This document shows positions 59,848 through 64,000 of a stretch of DNA of 64,000 nt, piece after piece. The stretch covers positions 434,001-498,000 of the forward strand of contig NW_027272360.1 in assembly GCF_040938485.1 (NCBI RefSeq), written 5' to 3'. The translations under genes and the position numbers were made by a program. The notes below the pieces were generated by a model, which saw nothing but the letters and a program-made list of their open reading frames with translations, ran no database searches and had not been told where the DNA came from. Each line of letters starts with the position of its first letter. Position 1 is the stretch's first letter. The stretch is from Diadema antillarum. Taxonomy: Eukaryota.

Positions 59848-62042
59848 TTTATTAGGTGATACGCTATCAGCGTATCACCTATTGTGATTGTCAAAATCTC
59901 TCTTTATTAGGTGATACGCTATCAGTGTATCACCTATTGTGATTGTCAAAATCTCTCTTTATTAGGTGATACGCTATCAGCGTATCACCTATTGTGATTG
60001 TCAAAATCTCTCTTTATTTTTTTTTATTCTTCTTTCTTTCTGGACAATTTTGTGTCGTCAATATCTCAACAATGACATTATGGAATGACATGAAATTTTC
60101 AGTCAACATGTCTCATAACAATATCTAGCCACAATACGGTTTTCATGACAGTAACATATCTATGACGTCATCTAGGCGCCATTTTGTGATTTTCGGACCT
60201 TGTCACATGATCGATCATAACTTCATAACTAGATGTCATTTCTGCATCATTTTCGGTGGACATAAAGTTCAGGTCACGCTCTATCTTACTTTTTAACGCT
60301 AGTTACCCAGCTCTTCATTACGCGCGCCTACGCGCGCGTCAAAATTTTAAAAGGCTCAAAACGACTTCCCAATGGGAAATCTCGAAGTTTCAGACAATTT
60401 TAAGCGTTTCAAACATTTTCTCGCGTGCGCGTCCGTCCGCGCAATTACGCGCGCAGAGGGCGTAACCAACATGAAAATGCATTTTTTTTGACTGATTTGG
60501 ATTCCTGATACTTTGAGTAACAATATCCACTGATTTCCGATCGATGTTGACCTATAACAAAGGAATGCACTGGCGTCAAAGTTGAAATTCCGCGCGCGCG
60601 TCTTTCTGCAAATATAGTGAAAAAACATGTCTTTGTTTATTTCGCCATAGCTCTTTAAATCGTCCGTTGACCCGATATTTCTATTGCATATTACAAAAGC
60701 ATATGAATTGTAAATAAAATTCCTAGTATCAATATTGCCAGGAAAACGCGATGAAGTGATCATATCGTCATTTTGAATAAAAAAAGTGGAATTGATTTTT
60801 TTGAGGTACTGTTTCTGACATTCATTTGCTCGTATCTCTGTTGTTTAAGCTCAATATTATCCCAAATTCACATATGTTGTCTTTTAAACATTTGCCTTTC
60901 AAGTCCATGTCATGGTTTTTGAAATTTGATGACGTCATCATACTTTAAATTGCGATTAAAAGTAAAGATGCAAAATCGGACAAGTTTACGTGTTATGTCT
61001 ATGGGAGGTGATTTTTTTTAAAACCATCCATTGACTTGACAACGTTTAAGCACCTTTATCTGAGCTGATTTTGCTTCATTTCCTCTGAAATTTAAGTATG
61101 TTGTAGCTGAGACAATAAGCTGCAGTAATCATGCATTTTGTTTTTTTTAAATCTTCTCATGAGGTTGACAATTTTGCAGTTTAAAACTGAAAATGAGAAT
61201 GGAATGTGGACGAATCGATTCCTGATCCATCTTTCACATACATAAGTTTACGTTCCTCATATTTTCTCGTCGAGACGTATGGCCGAGTGGTTAAAAGCGC
61301 CGTCTCAGAAACGTGAGGTTGCACTCGTGCGGGTTCGAACCCCACAAGATCACGAAACAAAATACCTAGCTATTTTACTTTTTTTTTCTTCAATGGTGTA
61401 TTACACATTCGTCCATGTAGAAATTACGTTCGTATATAAACGCACCTACACACACACACACACACACACAATATCCCTCTGTTTTGCGTTGGAGACCACA
61501 TTGCTTCGACTGCTGCAAAATGTTGCATCCTGACTCTGTCAAACCGATCATAGTATGTAATGACAACGGAGGTGTTGTACTTTGAGCAATTGTCTTTCAA
61601 GTCCATGTCATTGTTTTGTACTTTGATGACGTCATCACACTGAAAATTGTGATTAAAGGCAAGGTATCAAAATCAGCCGATTATAGGTTTTATGTCTGCG
61701 GGACGTATTTTTCCGAAATTGCCAGAAATGGCACAGCGACCTCAGTCGTTACAAGGCCGCATTTCCGTCTAGCAATGCAATACATGTTCACGCGGCCACG
61801 ATTGTTGAGTGGGCATTGACTTTTTCCCCCTGTAATATCTATACATTTTTTTTTTTTTTGGCTTTACCGTTTCCGTGGATGTCCCGTGGTCGAGTGGTTA
61901 GAGAAACCGTTTTGCATGCACGCTCAATATAACTTCAAGGTGCCTATATCACATTCTTTTCTTTGTCGATCACAGATGACCGACATCTGATGACCCCAGG
62001 CGTATCACCTAACTCGTCAGTGTGACGAGTTTCATGTCTCGT
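59848..62042 (+). mobile_element. Helentron/HINE-like non-autonomous rolling-circle element, copy 1 (~2.2 kb)
   Basis: 5' end: 3 x 55-bp units containing the palindrome AGGTGATACGCT-ATC-AGCGTATCACCT, then a TTCTT microsatellite. 3' end: inverted subterminal repeat GCGTATCACCTA (62000-62011), stem-loop AACTCGTCA-GTG-TGACGAGTT (62011-62031) and T-run boundaries. Confidence 0.75.
61272..61352 (+). pseudogene. tRNA-Leu(CAG)-like pseudo-tRNA embedded in Helentron-like copy 1
   Basis: A box TGGCCGAGTGG (61280-61290), B box GGTTCGAACCC (61332-61342), loop CTCAGAA; the acceptor stem does not pair. Confidence 0.6.
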
Positions 62043-64000
62043 TTTTAGGTGATACGCTATCAGCGTATCACCTATTGTGATTGTCAAAATCTCTCTTTAT
62101 TAGGTGATACGCTATCAGCGTATCACCTATTGTGATTGTCAAAATCTCTCTTTATTAGGTGATACGCTTTTAGCGTATCACCTATTGTGTTTGTCAAAAT
62201 CTTCCTTTCTTTCTTTTTATTCTTCTTTCTTTCTGGCACATTTTGTGTCGTGAATATCTCAACATTGACATGACGGAATAACATGACATTTTCAGTCAAC
62301 ATGTCTCATGACAATATCTAGCCACAATAAGGTTTTCATGACAGTTACATATCTATGACGTCATCTAGGCGCCATTTTGTGATTTTCGGACCATGTTACA
62401 TGATCGATCATAACTTCATAACTAAAGGTCATTTCTGTATCATTTTCGTTGGACATAAAGTTCAGGTCACACTCTATCTTACATTTTAATGCTTATTACC
62501 TAGGACATCATTACGCGCGCATTAGCGCGCGTCAAAATTTTTAAATGCTTAAAACGACTTCCCAATGGGAAATCTCGAAGTTTCAGACAATTTTAAGCGT
62601 TCCGCGCGTTCGCGTCCGTCCGCGCATTTCCGCGCGCAGTGCGCGTAAGCAACATGAAAATGCACATTTTTTGACAGATTTGGATTCCTGATACATTAAG
62701 TAACAATATCCATTGACTTCCGATCAATTTCGACCTATAACAAAGGAATGCGCTGGCGTGAAAGTTGAAATTTCGTGTGCGCGTCTATGTGGAAATATAG
62801 AGAAAAACATGTCTTTGTTTATTTCGCCATAGCTCTTTAAAACGTCAGGTGACCCTATGTTTTTATTGCATATTACAAAAGCATATGAATTGAAAATAAC
62901 GTTTCAAGTATCAATATTTCCCTAAATACATTATGACGTCATCATATCATCATCTGAAATCAAAAAAGTGGAATTAATTTTTTGAGGTACTGTTTCTGAC
63001 ATTCATTTGCTCGTATCTCTGTTGTTTAAGCTCAATATTATCCCAAATTCAGATATGTTGTACTTTGAACATTTGCCTTTTAAGTCCAAGTCATGGTTTT
63101 GAAATTTGATGACGTCATCATACCTTAAATTGTGATTAAAGGTAAAGATGCAAAATCGGACAAGTTTACGTGTTATGTCTATGGGAGGTGATTTTTTTTT
63201 AAACCATGCATTGACTTGACAACGTTTAAGCACCTTTATCTCAGCTGATTTTGCTTCATTTCCTCTGAAACTTAAGTATGTTGTAGCTGAGACAATAAGC
63301 TTCAGTAATCATGCATTTTATTTTTTGAAATCTCATCATCAGGTTGACAATTTTGCAGTTTAAAACTGAAAATGAGAATGGAATGTGGACAAAACGATTC
63401 CCGATTCAGCTTTCACATACATAAGTTTACGTTCCTCATATTTTCTCGCCGAGACGTATGGCCGAGTGGTTAAAGGCGACGTCTCAGAGACGTGAGGTTG
63501 CGGGTTCGAACCCCACAAGATCACGAAACAAAATACTTAGCTATTTTACTTTTTTTCTTCAATTTTGTATTACATATTCGTCCATGTAGAAATCACGTTC
63601 GTATATAAACGCACCTATACACACACACAGACACACACCATATCCCTCTTTTTTGTGTTGGAGACCACATTGCTTCGACTGCTGCAAAATTTTGCAGGCT
63701 GACTTTGTCAAACCGATCATAGTATGTAATGACGACGACGGAGGTGTTGTACTTTGAACAATTGTCTTTCAAGACCATGTCATTGTTTTGTACTTTGATG
63801 ACGTCATCACACTGAAAATTGTGATTAAAGGCAAGGTATCAAAACCAGCCGATTATAGGCTTTATGTCTACGGCGCGTATTTTTCCCAAGTTGCCAGAAA
63901 TGGCATAGCGACATCAGTCGTTACAAGGCCGCATTTCCGTCTAGCAATGCAATACATGTTCACGCGGCCACGATTGTTGAGTGGGCATTGACTTTTTCCC
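62043..64000 (+). mobile_element. Helentron/HINE-like element, copy 2, head-to-tail with copy 1 (runs off the window)
   Basis: Same 3 x 55-bp palindromic head (62043, 62096, 62151), and colinear with 59848-61830. Confidence 0.75.
63451..63522 (+). pseudogene. tRNA-Leu(CAG)-like pseudo-tRNA in copy 2
   Basis: A box 63459-63469; anticodon arm ACGT-CTCAGAG-ACGT; B box 63503-63513; 9-nt shorter variable arm than copy 1. Confidence 0.6.

Noticed and set aside
59848-60012. 55-bp palindromic repeats (and the 63-bp array at 1401-1652) as a CRISPR array
   Set aside because: The units are contiguous with no unique spacers, there are no cas genes, and the context is eukaryotic; the structure fits TE ends or minisatellites.
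61272-63522. Functional tRNA genes
   Set aside because: Acceptor stems do not pair, anticodon stems have only 3-4 bp, and both lie inside a duplicated mobile element.

Overview
This is eukaryotic (animal) genomic DNA: AT-rich, with spliceosomal introns, microsatellites, many transposons and one 167-N gap. The repeat landscape suggests a marine invertebrate, probably a sea-urchin-like echinoderm, but that is inference. The core (24.2-51.7 kb) is a cluster of five intact four-exon secreted lipocalin genes (ApoD/Blc-like), reconstructed by hand with GT-AG junctions and open frames: one on the minus strand (189 aa), then four on the plus strand (192, 190, 194 and 195 aa). All five share intron positions and phases (0,1,1), have a signal peptide, and carry only two Cys in the mature chain. 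The barrel lid loop splits them into a YTxYWADxF class (genes 1-3) and an LTNxYSDxF class (genes 4-5). Genes 4 and 5 are a recent ~5 kb tandem duplication with an inverted ~240-bp piece at the junction. A TTAA-type MITE sits exactly in the last splice acceptor of gene 4. Outside the cluster are two hemopexin-repeat exons (MMP-like, the terminal one frameshifted), one rolling-stone-like membrane-protein exon, LINE relics, TIR elements with readable 2-9 bp TSDs, and a head-to-tail pair of Helentron-like elements carrying a tRNA-Leu-like module. No database searches were run; family names come from motif recognition.
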